Source: Cyanobacteria bacterium J06627_8 (GTDB taxonomy: Bacteria > Cyanobacteriota > Cyanobacteriia > CAKZMO01). From it: a stretch of 54,542 nt of DNA. A model generated the notes under the pieces. The model saw only the letters and a program-made list of their open reading frames with translations. It searched no databases and was not told the origin of the DNA. The stretch spans positions 1 through 54,542 of the forward strand of contig JBCBLF010000005.1 of assembly GCA_038520475.1 (NCBI GenBank). The letters are read 5' to 3'. This document shows, piece after piece, positions 30,229 to 40,727 of this stretch; the stretch's first letter is position 1, and each line of letters begins with the position of its first letter. The translations under genes and the position numbers were made by a program.

Positions 30229-31524
30229 TTGAATGCTCTTGTCTCGTGGCTACCGAATCTCGATCGACGAGTTTGGATCTTGTCTTTCGGTCGTCTCTTG
30301 TCGCAGATCGGGAATGGATTCACACTTTTCTATGCGCCAATTTTCTTTGCGAATCAGGTTGGGCTCTCGGCAACTGCCGTTGGTATCGGCATTGGTAGCG
30401 GTTCGCTGTCTGGTGTCGTCGGGCGATTTGTCGGTGGGTCAGCCGCAGATTCACCCCGGTGGGGGCGTCGAAAAGTAATCTTACTGTCTGCGGCTATCTC
30501 AGCGATCGCTGATGTATTTCTCGCGACGGCCTTCAATTTTCCAAGTTTTGTGGTTGGCAACTTATTGATGGGGTTGGGTATCGGGCTCTATTGGCCTGCT
30601 ACCGAAGCCGTTGTTGCTGACCTGACCCACGGCAATCAGCGAAATGAGGCGTTTGCCATTGCTCGACTGGCAGATAATTTAGGGCTGAGCCTCGGCATTG
30701 TTTTAGGTGGCGTGCTAATCGAGCTAACCAGCCAATACCGACTGCTGTTTGTAATTGATGGAATCACCTATGGCCTCTTTTTCTGTATTGTGGCGATCGC
30801 GATTACTGAAACGTTGAGTACTGGTGATTCTCATCGGCAGCTCTTTTCTGGATGGGGAATCGCACTGCGCGATCGTCAACTTTGGGTATTTGCAACGGTC
30901 AACGTCTTATTCACGATGTATTTGGCTCAAGTCCAAAGCACAATGCCCCTTTACTTCAGCAATGTCGTTTCGGTAGGGGATGATGGCACAGGCTTCTCTC
31001 CAACTCGAATGAGTGCTCTGTTTACTTGGCATGTGGCGCTAACGGCCCTGGTGCAGCTCCCGATTGCTCGCTGGCTCAATCGAGTAACGCACATCAGAGC
31101 TCTGGGGCTATCGCTGGTGTTTTGGGGAATTGGATTCATTGGCATCGCAGCGACAGGGATGGTTACGGGCGGACACCTGTGGTGGGCGATCGCCGCACTA
31201 ACAATCTTGGCGATCGCGACAGTGACCTATCTGCCATCAGCCTCATCATTTGTTGTGGCTCTTGCGCCTGAGTCCTTACGTGGGGTCTATCTATCTGTGA
31301 ATTCTCAATGCTGGGCACTTGGCTATTTTATTGGTCCCCCACTGGGCGGTTGGGCGCTTGATCAATCGACTCAAGTTGCCCATGGATTCTGGCTGGGTCT
31401 CTCATGCAGTGGGTTATTGGGACTTGGTATCGTCACATTGCTTGGTCGAATGAATTCATCGATGTCATCATCTGATTCAGATTTAGACTCTGAATCAGAT
31501 TCCTCATCTTCGACGGATCCTTAG
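30229..31524 (+). CDS. MFS transporter
   Basis: About 12 TM helices; motif A-like GSAADSPRWGRRKVI. Confidence 0.9.
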   Translation: MNALVSWLPNLDRRVWILSFGRLLSQIGNGFTLFYAPIFFANQVGLSATAVGIGIGSGSLSGVVGRFVGGSAADSPRWGRRKVILLSAAISAIADVFLATAFNFPSFVVGNLLMGLGIGLYWPATEAVVADLTHGNQRNEAFAIARLADNLGLSLGIVLGGVLIELTSQYRLLFVIDGITYGLFFCIVAIAITETLSTGDSHRQLFSGWGIALRDRQLWVFATVNVLFTMYLAQVQSTMPLYFSNVVSVGDDGTGFSPTRMSALFTWHVALTALVQLPIARWLNRVTHIRALGLSLVFWGIGFIGIAATGMVTGGHLWWAIAALTILAIATVTYLPSASSFVVALAPESLRGVYLSVNSQCWALGYFIGPPLGGWALDQSTQVAHGFWLGLSCSGLLGLGIVTLLGRMNSSMSSSDSDLDSESDSSSSTDP

Positions 31525-31670
31525 TCCTGTGTCTAAGCATTAAGACTGAAATATTAAGAAAATTTGCTTATTTCTTAAAAGCACGCCATTTCTAAGAAAG
31601 GCTGAAAGCAGGTTTTGTGAACAAGTGTTACAATTCGTCAAGATACACCAAACACTAAATTGCCAAAAGA

Positions 31671-31967
31671 ATGGTTTTAGCCGTACTCATTGTTGTCATT
31701 ACTGCCTTGGTCGCATGGGCGCTTCGTCTCATGCGAAGTGCGGTTGAGCAGCGTGAGTTTTCATTAATGTTGGCAGGTCTCCTTGTATCGAGCGCAGCTG
31801 CAGGGATTATTGGCGTTTACTTTTTAATGAGTAGCTGCATGAGCTACATGACGACGATTCCAGTGTCATCTGGCGTTCAAGTCCAAGATATGGATGTTCA
31901 GGACTGGAACCGAGCATTTGTCTACGGCTATTCCGAGTCGACGCAGCAACAGCCCAGGCACAGCTAG
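31671..31967 (+). CDS. Small hypothetical membrane protein (2 TM)
   Basis: 98-aa ATG-started ORF with two hydrophobic segments, followed by a terminator. Confidence 0.7.
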   Translation: MVLAVLIVVITALVAWALRLMRSAVEQREFSLMLAGLLVSSAAAGIIGVYFLMSSCMSYMTTIPVSSGVQVQDMDVQDWNRAFVYGYSESTQQQPRHS

Positions 31968-31987
31968 TCAAGATTCTTCGAAAAGCA

Positions 31988-32044
31988 GAAACTGTGAGGG
32001 TGCTTCTAGTATCGCTAGAGACACCCTCACAGTTTCAGTTTTTT
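31988..32044. terminator. Terminator hairpin between convergent genes
   Basis: GAAACTGTGAGGGTG / CACCCTCACAGTTTC with a following T-tract. Confidence 0.7.
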
Positions 32045-32174
32045 AGAGACTGGTAGGTTCTTAGAGAAACAACATAGACGTTGCCGTTTCATTGGGGCAA
32101 GACGGCGAGCCATTTGGTGATCCGCGAAGGCACTGAATGATACTTGTGGTCTAGCCTAAATGGAGAAAGCTAGA

Positions 32175-33068
32175 TTAGCCGCGCCGAATGTTAAGACAGC
32201 ACCACTCCTTTCGTCGCCAAAGGGTCGCAACAAACCATCCATGCTGCTCTAAAACATCGGTTACCGCTTTGGCTTGATCCAGCAGAATGCCACTTAGAAT
32301 GCCCCAGGTGGTCGTTTTTGAAATTTCTCCTAGGGCAGGGATGAGATCAATAATCACCTCAGCCAGAATATTACAGATGATGCCATCGACGGGGTTAGGT
32401 AAGGCCGTCATTAGATAATCAACGCTACCTTGGTGAACAAGCAAACGCTCTGAAGCAATATAGTTTAAGTCTCGATTTTCAGCTGTTGCCTTGACGGCTA
32501 ATGGATCAACGTCAACGGCATAGACTTGCTTGGCACCCAGGAGGAGCGCGCCAATTGACAGAATCCCAGAGCCACAGCCAATATCAGCTAGAACTAGTGC
32601 CTCTGGTGGATGAGGCGTGAATAACCGCATCTCTAGAGACTCTAGACAAAGCTGTGTTGTTGGATGCGTCCCTGTGCCAAATGCAGCCCCTGGATCTAAT
32701 CGAAGGACCAGCCGATCGGGCGTTGAGGGTTCTGGTAACCAGGCAGGGTTCACTAAGAAGCGATCGCCAATCGACTGGGGATGCCAATATTGTTTCCAAC
32801 TGCTGGCCCAGTCTTCTTCTTCGATGAGTCGCCATTGAACGTCGGGTGCAGGCAATTGCGCGCACAGTGCATCTTGTCGGGTCAGCAACGACAGAGCACC
32901 TAGGTCAAGTAGCTTTGATTGTTGCTGAGGAATATATGCGCTGACAACACAGAGGCCCCCTCGAACTTCCCGTGAGGTTCCTTTACATCCAAATTCTTCT
33001 AGTCGCCAGAAGACTAGATCTTCTCCATTGAGATCACAGAGAACACGAATTTCCCACCAACTAGTCAC
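32175..33068 (-). CDS. prmA: Ribosomal protein L11 methyltransferase
   Basis: [45 protein letters not shown]. Confidence 0.96.
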   Translation of the reverse strand: MTSWWEIRVLCDLNGEDLVFWRLEEFGCKGTSREVRGGLCVVSAYIPQQQSKLLDLGALSLLTRQDALCAQLPAPDVQWRLIEEEDWASSWKQYWHPQSIGDRFLVNPAWLPEPSTPDRLVLRLDPGAAFGTGTHPTTQLCLESLEMRLFTPHPPEALVLADIGCGSGILSIGALLLGAKQVYAVDVDPLAVKATAENRDLNYIASERLLVHQGSVDYLMTALPNPVDGIICNILAEVIIDLIPALGEISKTTTWGILSGILLDQAKAVTDVLEQHGWFVATLWRRKEWCCLNIRRG

Positions 33069-33109
33069 AGATACTCCAAGAATGGTTCGGATAGGGCCAG
33101 CTGTTCACA

Positions 33110-34690
33110 CTAGAGAGACACGGTGTATGCGTCTCGAATTCCGGGAACTTTAGTAATTTCAGTTAAGATGCCGTCTGGCAGTGGATCGTCGATGCTAAGC
33201 ACCATCACGGCATCTCCGCGTACGATCTTGCGCCCAACTTGCATGCTTGCAATGTTGACGTTGAAGCTGCCGAGCAGCGAACCAATCTTACCGATGATGC
33301 CCGGCATGTCACGGTGAACGGTAAATAGCATGTATTGGCTCGGTGGAACGTTGATGGGGAACCCATCGATATTGGTAATCCGCATCCCTTCTTCACCGAG
33401 GACCGCACCCGTTACTGAATGATTGCCCATGTTGCCCTTGGCAGAAAGAACAAGCGACCCAGTGTAGTCCCGTACAGTTGAATCGCGGGTTTCCACAACT
33501 CGAATGCCACGCTCTTTTGCTTCAATTGATGCGTTAACGTAATTGACTCTTTCGCGCAGGGCATAGGAGAGCAGTCCTTTCAGAGCGGCAACCACGATAG
33601 GCTGAGCCGAGTTATCCGCCAGTTCCCCCTGGAGTCGAATATTTAATGATTCGACACGTCCTCCAGAGAGCTGGCTGATCAGATTTCCAAGGGTTTCAGC
33701 AAGCTGTAGATACGGCCGCAGCTTCTCTAAGACATCCGGGCGCAAACCTGGAATATTAACAGCAGATCGTGCCGGTAACCCAAGCAGCACATCACGAATT
33801 TGTTCTGCAACGTCAACGGCAACGTTAACTTGTGCTTCTGCTGTTGAGGCCCCAAGGTGAGGAGTCATCACAATCTGCTTGTCGAGGGCCGTCAATGGGC
33901 TTTCTCCGAGCGGCTCTTCTTCATATACGTCTAGTGCAGCACCAGCAATCGTCCCATTCTCTAATGCCTCGGCCAAATCAGTCTCGTTGATGATTCCGCC
34001 TCGCGCACAGTTGATGATGCGGGCAGATGGCTTCATCATCTTCAGCACATCCGTATTGATCATGTGAGCCGTTTCTGGCGTTTTCGGAAGATGTAGGGTG
34101 ATGTAATCAGCTTCTCGTAATACCCCATCGAGTTCAACTAGTTGACAGCCCAGTTGCTCGGCCCGATCTGCTGAAAGGAATGGATCATAGGCCAATAACC
34201 GCATTCCCATGGCACGAGCAATCGTGGCGACATGGGAGCCAATCTTACCTAAGCCGACAATTCCTAAGGTTTTCTTATAGACTTCAACGCCAGTGAATTT
34301 CTTGCGATCCCAGTTACCCGCTTTGATGGACTGATTGGCTTCTGGAATATGGCGAGATAGGGACAACATCATGGCGATCGCATGCTCTGCTGCGGCGATG
34401 GTGTTTCCTTCAGGAGAGTTGACGACTAGAATGCCCCGGCGAGTGGCAGCGGGGACATCAACATTGTCAACACCCACTCCGGCGCGACCAATAATCTTAA
34501 GCTTTGTCCCGGCATCAATCACCGCTTGAGTTACTTTTGTCCCCGAACGGATCATAAGCGCGTCATAGTCGGGAATGAGCGTAATGAGCTCTTCTTCAGC
34601 AAGCTTTGTCTTAATGTCTACTTGAGCAACTTGCTGCAAGATATCAATACCAGACTGATCGATTGGGTCAGAAACGAGAACCTTAGACAT
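33110..34690 (-). CDS. serA: D-3-phosphoglycerate dehydrogenase
   Basis: GRAGVGVDNVD, GLGKIG, INCARGG, TPHLGASTAEAQ; C-terminal ACT domain. Confidence 0.97.
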   Translation of the reverse strand: MSKVLVSDPIDQSGIDILQQVAQVDIKTKLAEEELITLIPDYDALMIRSGTKVTQAVIDAGTKLKIIGRAGVGVDNVDVPAATRRGILVVNSPEGNTIAAAEHAIAMMLSLSRHIPEANQSIKAGNWDRKKFTGVEVYKKTLGIVGLGKIGSHVATIARAMGMRLLAYDPFLSADRAEQLGCQLVELDGVLREADYITLHLPKTPETAHMINTDVLKMMKPSARIINCARGGIINETDLAEALENGTIAGAALDVYEEEPLGESPLTALDKQIVMTPHLGASTAEAQVNVAVDVAEQIRDVLLGLPARSAVNIPGLRPDVLEKLRPYLQLAETLGNLISQLSGGRVESLNIRLQGELADNSAQPIVVAALKGLLSYALRERVNYVNASIEAKERGIRVVETRDSTVRDYTGSLVLSAKGNMGNHSVTGAVLGEEGMRITNIDGFPINVPPSQYMLFTVHRDMPGIIGKIGSLLGSFNVNIASMQVGRKIVRGDAVMVLSIDDPLPDGILTEITKVPGIRDAYTVSL

Positions 34691-34776
34691 AAATCGTTGA
34701 AGTGAATGAGAACCTAATCAATAGGATCGACGACAGTCGTGACCGACATCGATGAACACTGGTGGCGAATACAGTT

Positions 34777-34802
34777 AAGCCCTGACGGATTCGTCAGGGC
34801 TT
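34777..34802 (-). promoter_or_regulatory. Hairpin in the probable serA 5' UTR
   Basis: AAGCCCTGACG-GATT-CGTCAGGGCTT; TAAAAT -10-like hexamer on the minus strand at 34816-34821. Confidence 0.45.
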
Positions 34803-34894
34803 GTTCACGATGGACATTTTACTGCAAAGGAGCGATCGCACCGACTTTTTCAGGAAAGATTTCGGGATTGTGGATCTCGTCTCACTTTATTCGA

Positions 34895-34944
34895 TACACA
34901 ACTTGGCAATTTTCATAAATCCATAAGTCCTGACCAAGTCGCAT
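34895..34944 (+). repeat. Dispersed repeat family B, internally deleted copy
   Basis: TACACAACTTGGCAATTTTCATAAATCCA...CCAAGTCGCAT; both ends retained, central stem absent. Confidence 0.55.
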
Positions 34945-35024
34945 CAGATACCGTGATCGAATGTATCCAAGAGCATTGATAATGATGGGTTGAGGCAGTC
35001 ACTGGTTCGTGCCGATATTAGCGA

Positions 35025-35342
35025 TTAGCGATCGCCCACAAACCACTCTGATGCTCGCGCTCCCAGCTCGACGGGAATATTAACGGCTTTACCTAATCGA
35101 GGCTTCTCTGTCGTTTTTTCGATAAAGGTTGCAACGTGTTCGCTACATCCCCATGCATTGATATAGCCGGCAACGGTCCCCAATTGCTCCATATATTCAT
35201 CTTCTGAAAGGGGAAACGACGCCTGCTCAAGAAACCGCCACATGATTTGAACAAAAAAGCGATCCTGTACCTTTCGAATTTGAACATCAAAGGATTGTCC
35301 CCATTTTCCAATGATGAGACGGTGTAAATCCTCGCCGGTCAT
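35025..35342 (-). CDS. DUF3067 family protein
   Basis: KWGQSFDVQ...QIMWRFLEQASFPLSE...PRLGKAV; divergent from petC. Confidence 0.88.
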   Translation of the reverse strand: MTGEDLHRLIIGKWGQSFDVQIRKVQDRFFVQIMWRFLEQASFPLSEDEYMEQLGTVAGYINAWGCSEHVATFIEKTTEKPRLGKAVNIPVELGARASEWFVGDR

Positions 35343-35579
35343 AGCTTGCTCCAGTGTCTGTTCAACGGCCTCGCTTATGAAAAGCGTAACACTTGTTTAC
35401 GATTTCGCCGGTTTTGCCCATAATCGCTCGGGAGGACCGCACCTTGGTGTCATAATATTTCTTGATGTTTGCCGCAAGGGGCTGCAGGGTTTGCTATGAC
35501 TCGGTTCCTTGTCGTAACCCTCTAGCAATCCTGAGAGAATAGCAATTCTGTCTTAACGCGTATCTTTTTTCTAAAAACT

Positions 35580-36122
35580 ATGACTCAAGCTTCTGGAAAT
35601 CCCGATGTGCCTGATTTAGGGCGACGTCAATTTATGAACCTCCTTACGTTTGGTGCAGCAGCAGGTACGGCTCTTGGAGCCCTGTATCCAGTCGTTAACT
35701 ATTTTATTCCTCCCTCTAGTGGTGGTGCTGGGAGCGGTGTTTTAGCAAAGGATGCGCTGGGCAACGACATCGCAGCCTCTGAGTTCTTAGCTTCAAATGC
35801 AGTTGGAGAACGAGTGCTTGCACAGGGCTTGAAGGGAGATCCTACCTATATTGTTGTTGAAAGCAGCGAGGCGATCGCTAACTACGGCATTAATGCGGTA
35901 TGTACCCACTTGGGATGTGTTGTGCCCTGGAATAGTGCTGAAGGCAAGTTTATTTGTCCATGCCACGGATCCCAATATAACGATCAAGGAAAAGTGGTTC
36001 GAGGCCCCGCTCCTCGATCGTTGGCCCTTGCGCATGCTGGTGTGAACGACGATGGAAAAATTGCGCTTACGCCTTGGACAGAGACCGATTTCCGTACGGG
36101 TGAGAACCCCTGGTGGACTTAA
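35580..36122 (+). CDS. petC: Cytochrome b6f Rieske iron-sulfur subunit
   Basis: Tat RRQFMN; CTHLGC and CPCHGS boxes; GPAP. Confidence 0.98.
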   Translation: MTQASGNPDVPDLGRRQFMNLLTFGAAAGTALGALYPVVNYFIPPSSGGAGSGVLAKDALGNDIAASEFLASNAVGERVLAQGLKGDPTYIVVESSEAIANYGINAVCTHLGCVVPWNSAEGKFICPCHGSQYNDQGKVVRGPAPRSLALAHAGVNDDGKIALTPWTETDFRTGENPWWT

Positions 36123-36198
36123 GGCAGTGTTGACCCCTCCAGCGGGTTTGTTTTCAGTCACCTGTTCGTGCCCATTCAGTTTTTAAGATTCAGTTATT

Positions 36199-37197
36199 GT
36201 GTCATCCATGAAATTCAACGCCTGGTCTACTTTGATTACTACTGTGCGTCGGGGTTTCTTGAATACTGCTGCAGTTGTGTTTATCGCGCTATCTGCTGTT
36301 GTGTTCAGTAGCCTTATCGATTGCCAATCCGCAGCGGCCTATCCGTTCTGGGCCCAGCAAAATTACGATTCTCCTCGTGAGGCAACTGGGCGAATTGTGT
36401 GTGCGAACTGTCATCTTGGCGCCATGCCAACTGAGATTGAGGTTCCTCAATCTGTCTTGCCTGATAGTGTGTTCAAAGCTGTCGTTAAGGTTCCTTATGA
36501 TTTAGATACTCAGCAAGTTCTTGCTGATGGGTCAAAAGGCGGACTTAACGTAGGTGCTGTGTTGATGCTGCCCGAGGGCTTTAAGCTGGCTCCTGAAGAT
36601 CGCATTCCTGAAGAGATGAAGGAAGAGGTGGGTCCAAGCTATCTGTTCCAACCTTACAGCGAAGAGAAAGATAATATCCTACTCGTTGGACCGCTTCCAG
36701 GTGAACAATATCAGGAAATTGTTTTCCCTGTCTTGTCCCCTGATCCGGCGACGAACAAAAATGTGTCGTTTGGGAAGTATTCGGTCCACGTGGGTGGCAA
36801 TCGAGGACGAGGCCAGGTTTATCCAACCGGTGACAAAAGCAATAACGCAGTCTACACAGCTTCTGCTGCAGGCGTTATCCAAGCCATCGATAAGAATGAT
36901 GATGGCAGCTACGCGGTCACCATTCAGTCTGCTGACGGCAAAGAAGTTGTCGATGCTATTCCTGCGGGCCCAGAGCTGATGGTTGCGAAGGGTGATGAGG
37001 TTGAATCTGGAGCAGCCTTAACCTTAGACCCCAACGCTGGTGGCTTTGGTCAGCACGATGCAGAGATTGTGCTTCAAAGTACAGGTCGGGTCACTGGCCT
37101 GATTGCGTTCGTTGCGGCTGTGATGCTAACTCAAATCATGCTGGTTCTCAAGAAGAAACAGGTTGAGAAAGTTCAAGCGGCAGAAATGAGCTTGTAG
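36199..37197 (+). CDS. petA: Apocytochrome f
   Basis: YPFWAQQ, CANCH heme site, [21 protein letters not shown]. Confidence 0.98.
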   Translation: MSSMKFNAWSTLITTVRRGFLNTAAVVFIALSAVVFSSLIDCQSAAAYPFWAQQNYDSPREATGRIVCANCHLGAMPTEIEVPQSVLPDSVFKAVVKVPYDLDTQQVLADGSKGGLNVGAVLMLPEGFKLAPEDRIPEEMKEEVGPSYLFQPYSEEKDNILLVGPLPGEQYQEIVFPVLSPDPATNKNVSFGKYSVHVGGNRGRGQVYPTGDKSNNAVYTASAAGVIQAIDKNDDGSYAVTIQSADGKEVVDAIPAGPELMVAKGDEVESGAALTLDPNAGGFGQHDAEIVLQSTGRVTGLIAFVAAVMLTQIMLVLKKKQVEKVQAAEMSL

Positions 37198-37250
37198 GTA
37201 GACTTGTAGGGCGATCGCCCAGTTTACCCAGGTTAAATATCTGAGTTTAG

Positions 37251-37289
37251 AGGGGGCCGACAGCGAATCAGCTGTCGGCCCCTTCTTTT
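37251..37289 (+). terminator. Intrinsic terminator of petCA
   Basis: GGGGCCGACAGC / GCTGTCGGCCCC followed by TTCTTTT. Confidence 0.8.
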
Positions 37290-37459
37290 GCATGAAAATC
37301 TTATGTGACTCATAAGGCGATGCAGATAGAAACTTTTTCTTAAGAATTGATGTCTCTTGTGTGTAGGGATCATCTGCGTACAGTGAAGAAATCACTCGAT
37401 GAATCAGTGGTGCGATCGCTTAATTGGCCTTCTGACGCTTCATTTTTAGGGATTCATCA

Positions 37460-37672
37460 ATGATTAAGACTGTTTTTAAAATAGGCGGCATGGTGTGTGA
37501 TGGATGTGCATCAAATGTTGAGCGCACGATGTTAGGCATCCCCGGAATTATCAGCTGCACAGTCAACTACTCCAGCGAACAAGCCACCATCCAATACAAT
37601 CCGAAGCACGTCGATATTGTCACGATTCAGCAAGAGGTAGAAGACGTCGGGTTTACCATTCAGCTCTCTTAA
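37460..37672 (+). CDS. Heavy-metal-associated (HMA) copper chaperone, CopZ/Atx1-like
   Basis: 70 aa with GMVCDGC; directly upstream of the P1B ATPase. Confidence 0.88.
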   Translation: MIKTVFKIGGMVCDGCASNVERTMLGIPGIISCTVNYSSEQATIQYNPKHVDIVTIQQEVEDVGFTIQLS

Positions 37673-37803
37673 GTTTTCTTTCGTTTGGACTTACGTAGTT
37701 GAACGTTTTTCGAAGGCAGAAACCTCAAAAAACCTTCCAAATGTTCAAGACATCGTATGACATGCATCAGTCCTGTTCCGTAATCGTTTAGGAATACTGA
37801 GCA

Positions 37804-40269
37804 ATGGAAACCTTGACGCTCACTGTCGGCGGCATGAAATGTGCTGCCTGCGCTTCATTTATCGAACGGAAGTTATCTAAGGCAGCTGGCATTGAGCAGT
37901 GTGCCGTCAACTTTGGTGCTGAGAAGGTTACGGTCCACTATGATGCGCAGCACATTGGTGCACATCAGATACAATCTGCGATCGAAAAAGCTGGCTTCAG
38001 GGCCTACGTTCCATCTCCTAGCGCTGCCCGTTCGTCTGAGACCACACGCGAAAGAGAGGTCGATCAGCAGCAGCCAGATGCTCGCCAACTCAAGTGGAAG
38101 CTCATCGTCGGCGGTCTTGTGAGCACGATTTTGGTGACTGGCGGAATGCCAATGATGCTTGGCATTCCAATTCCATTTATTCCCACTTGGCTGGCTAATC
38201 CCTGGTTTCAACTGGTCATCACCACACCAGTTCAGTTTTGGTGTGGTCAGGATTTCTATAAAGGAGCTTGGAAGAATCTCCGACAGTTCAATGCCAACAT
38301 GGATACCTTGATCGCTCTAGGCACTAGTGCAGCCTATTTTTATTCACTGCTGCCAACCATCATGCCAGATGTGTTAGTTCGTCAGGGACTCATGCCCGAT
38401 GTTTATTACGAAGCGGCTGGCGTGGTCATTACCCTAGTCGTGCTCGGTAAATCGATGGAGCAGCGGGCACGGCGACAAACATCGGAAGCGATTCATAAAT
38501 TGATGGGCTTACAGGCAAAAACTGCACGAGTGGTTCGCGATGGTCAATTGATTGACTTGCCCCTTGAAGCCGTTCAGGTAGGCGATGTTGTGGTGGTGCG
38601 TCCGGGGGAGAAGATTCCTTTAGACGGAGAAGTGATTGATGGAACGTCAACGGTTGACGAAGCAATGGTAACGGGAGAAAGTTTGCCGGTTACGAAACAG
38701 ATTGGTGATGACGTTATTGGAGCCACAATTAATAAAACAGGCAGCTTCAAGTTCAGAGTCATGCGGGTCGGAAGTGAAACCGTCTTGGCTCAAATTGTGA
38801 AACTCGTTGAAGATGCTCAAGCCTCAAAAGCTCCCATTCAGCGGCTAGCGGATCAAGTCACGCAGTGGTTTGTTCCAGTCGTATTGGCGATCGCCGTGTG
38901 TACTTTCTGTTTCTGGATGTTGACGGCTCAGAATCTCACCCTAGCCACCGTTACTACCATCAACGTTTTGATTATTGCCTGTCCATGTTCATTAGGGTTG
39001 GCAACGCCAACATCCATCATGGTGGGAACGGGTAAAGGGGCCGAACTCGGCATTTTGATCAAGGGAGCAGAGAGTTTAGAGTTGGCCCACAAGGTACAGA
39101 CCATCGTCTTAGATAAAACTGGAACCCTGACGCAAGGAAAACCAAATGTCACGGACTTTACCCGAGCATTTGATGCAACAAGAAAACGCTCATCTCGATT
39201 GTTTACCGCTTTGACCCTCGACGGAGCAGCAGAAATTTTCTTTGAGTTGCCGAGTTTATTCGAATTTAGTGAGTCTGATTTATTGTGGTTAACGTCTGTT
39301 GTCGAGGCGCAATCCGAACATCCCCTTGCAGATGCCATTGTCCAGTATGCCGATCACCGTCTAGGTCAGAAAAACCAATTCATTCCAACGATTCTCAGGC
39401 GATCGCTGACGCAACATAGACCCGATGTTTCACCAAAGCTACAGAATTTTGAGGCAGTTCCAGGGTGCGGTGTTAAAGGCTGGGTGAATGGCTACTATTT
39501 GCACATTGGCACTCGACGCTGGATGGTTGAACTGGGCATCAATACCCAAGGCGCGGCGTCTCCCGATCAGTCTCTCGAATCTCTGCAAGTCCAATGGGAG
39601 CAAGATGGAAAGACAGTGGTTTGGATTGCTGTCAATCAGGTCGCACAAGGAATCTTAGGAATTATGGATACCCTGAAACCGTCTTCGGCTGCAACAGTTC
39701 AGCTCTTGCGTCGTATGGGGCTCGATGTGGTGATGTTAACAGGAGACAACCGCCGCACTGCTGAGGCGATCGCCCGTGACATTGGAAACCCTCAAGTTTT
39801 TGCTGAGGTGAAACCTGGGCAGAAAGCCGCGATTATTCGCGAGACTCAACAGCAGAGTGAAACTCGCCGCCGGACTGTTGCAATGGTGGGAGATGGCATC
39901 AATGATGCGCCTGCCCTCGCTCAAGCCGATGTGGGCATCGCAATTGGTACAGGAACGGATGTGGCGATCGCCGCCAGCGACATCACGCTCATTTCTGGAA
40001 ACTTGCAGGGAATCATCACTGCGATTGAGTTAAGTCACGCGACGATTTGGAATATCCGGCAAAACCTATTTTTTGCGTTTATCTACAACCTCCTTGGCAT
40101 TCCCATTGCAGCAGGAGCACTGTTTCCTGTTTTTGGAATATTGCTGAATCCAATGCTTGCGGGCGCGGCAATGGCGTTTAGCTCTGTATCGGTGGTGACC
40201 AATGCATTGCGACTACGAAAGTTTCGACCCAAGATAACTCAATCTAAGCATTATTTTGCAACTGCTTAA
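37804..40269 (+). CDS. Cu(I)-translocating P1B-1 ATPase (CopA/PacS-like)
   Basis: [33 protein letters not shown] and MAFSS motifs. Confidence 0.95.
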   Translation: METLTLTVGGMKCAACASFIERKLSKAAGIEQCAVNFGAEKVTVHYDAQHIGAHQIQSAIEKAGFRAYVPSPSAARSSETTREREVDQQQPDARQLKWKLIVGGLVSTILVTGGMPMMLGIPIPFIPTWLANPWFQLVITTPVQFWCGQDFYKGAWKNLRQFNANMDTLIALGTSAAYFYSLLPTIMPDVLVRQGLMPDVYYEAAGVVITLVVLGKSMEQRARRQTSEAIHKLMGLQAKTARVVRDGQLIDLPLEAVQVGDVVVVRPGEKIPLDGEVIDGTSTVDEAMVTGESLPVTKQIGDDVIGATINKTGSFKFRVMRVGSETVLAQIVKLVEDAQASKAPIQRLADQVTQWFVPVVLAIAVCTFCFWMLTAQNLTLATVTTINVLIIACPCSLGLATPTSIMVGTGKGAELGILIKGAESLELAHKVQTIVLDKTGTLTQGKPNVTDFTRAFDATRKRSSRLFTALTLDGAAEIFFELPSLFEFSESDLLWLTSVVEAQSEHPLADAIVQYADHRLGQKNQFIPTILRRSLTQHRPDVSPKLQNFEAVPGCGVKGWVNGYYLHIGTRRWMVELGINTQGAASPDQSLESLQVQWEQDGKTVVWIAVNQVAQGILGIMDTLKPSSAATVQLLRRMGLDVVMLTGDNRRTAEAIARDIGNPQVFAEVKPGQKAAIIRETQQQSETRRRTVAMVGDGINDAPALAQADVGIAIGTGTDVAIAASDITLISGNLQGIITAIELSHATIWNIRQNLFFAFIYNLLGIPIAAGALFPVFGILLNPMLAGAAMAFSSVSVVTNALRLRKFRPKITQSKHYFATA

Positions 40270-40270
40270 T

Positions 40271-40371
40271 TCACATGACTTGGTAAAGTTCTCATATTTA
40301 TCACCAAGGAATAAGTGGGATAAGCAATGCGCATCCCACTTATTCCTTCATAAACGTTGTCAATTTGTGTA
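40271..40371 (+). repeat. Dispersed repeat family B, copy 3
   Basis: ACTTGGTAAAGTTCTCATAT...TTGTCAATTTGTGTA; perfect 16-bp stem 40306-40321 / 40333-40348; loop contains GCAATGC as in copy 2. Confidence 0.65.
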
Positions 40372-40727
40372 ATTTACAACAATGGCTAGCGCTAGACAGA
40401 ATGAACAGAACTGCCTAATGCGGCCAAAGTTTAACTTGTTTAAAGGGTGACTTCTCATTGGGTTGAAGTGATGAATGTTAGCCAATCATGTTCAATATAA
40501 AACTTATTATTCTTTAAGCTTTGATATCCATTTTTTAGATTGGTGCATAATTTGATTTTGTGGGGTCCATCTACTGAATGGACTCCGCAAAATGTTTAAT
40601 GCATTCATTTCGAAAAGGGGTTTAAGATTCTTCAAAATCATAATTTAAAGTCATATCTAAAAGATGCTGATATAGTTTGACTGGATCTATCCGACCAAAC
40701 CGTATCTATCATTCTTTAAGGGGTGCT

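Noticed and set aside
31617-35400. Shared motif GT(G/A)AACAAGTGTTAC at 31617-31631 and (reverse) 35386-35400
   Set aside because: A 14/15 match is expected by chance in a window this size; spacing fits neither NtcA (N8) nor the 10-bp HLR1 period.
7339-40371. Palindromic repeats read as CRISPR repeats
   Set aside because: Copies are kilobases apart, there is no repeat-spacer periodicity and no cas genes.
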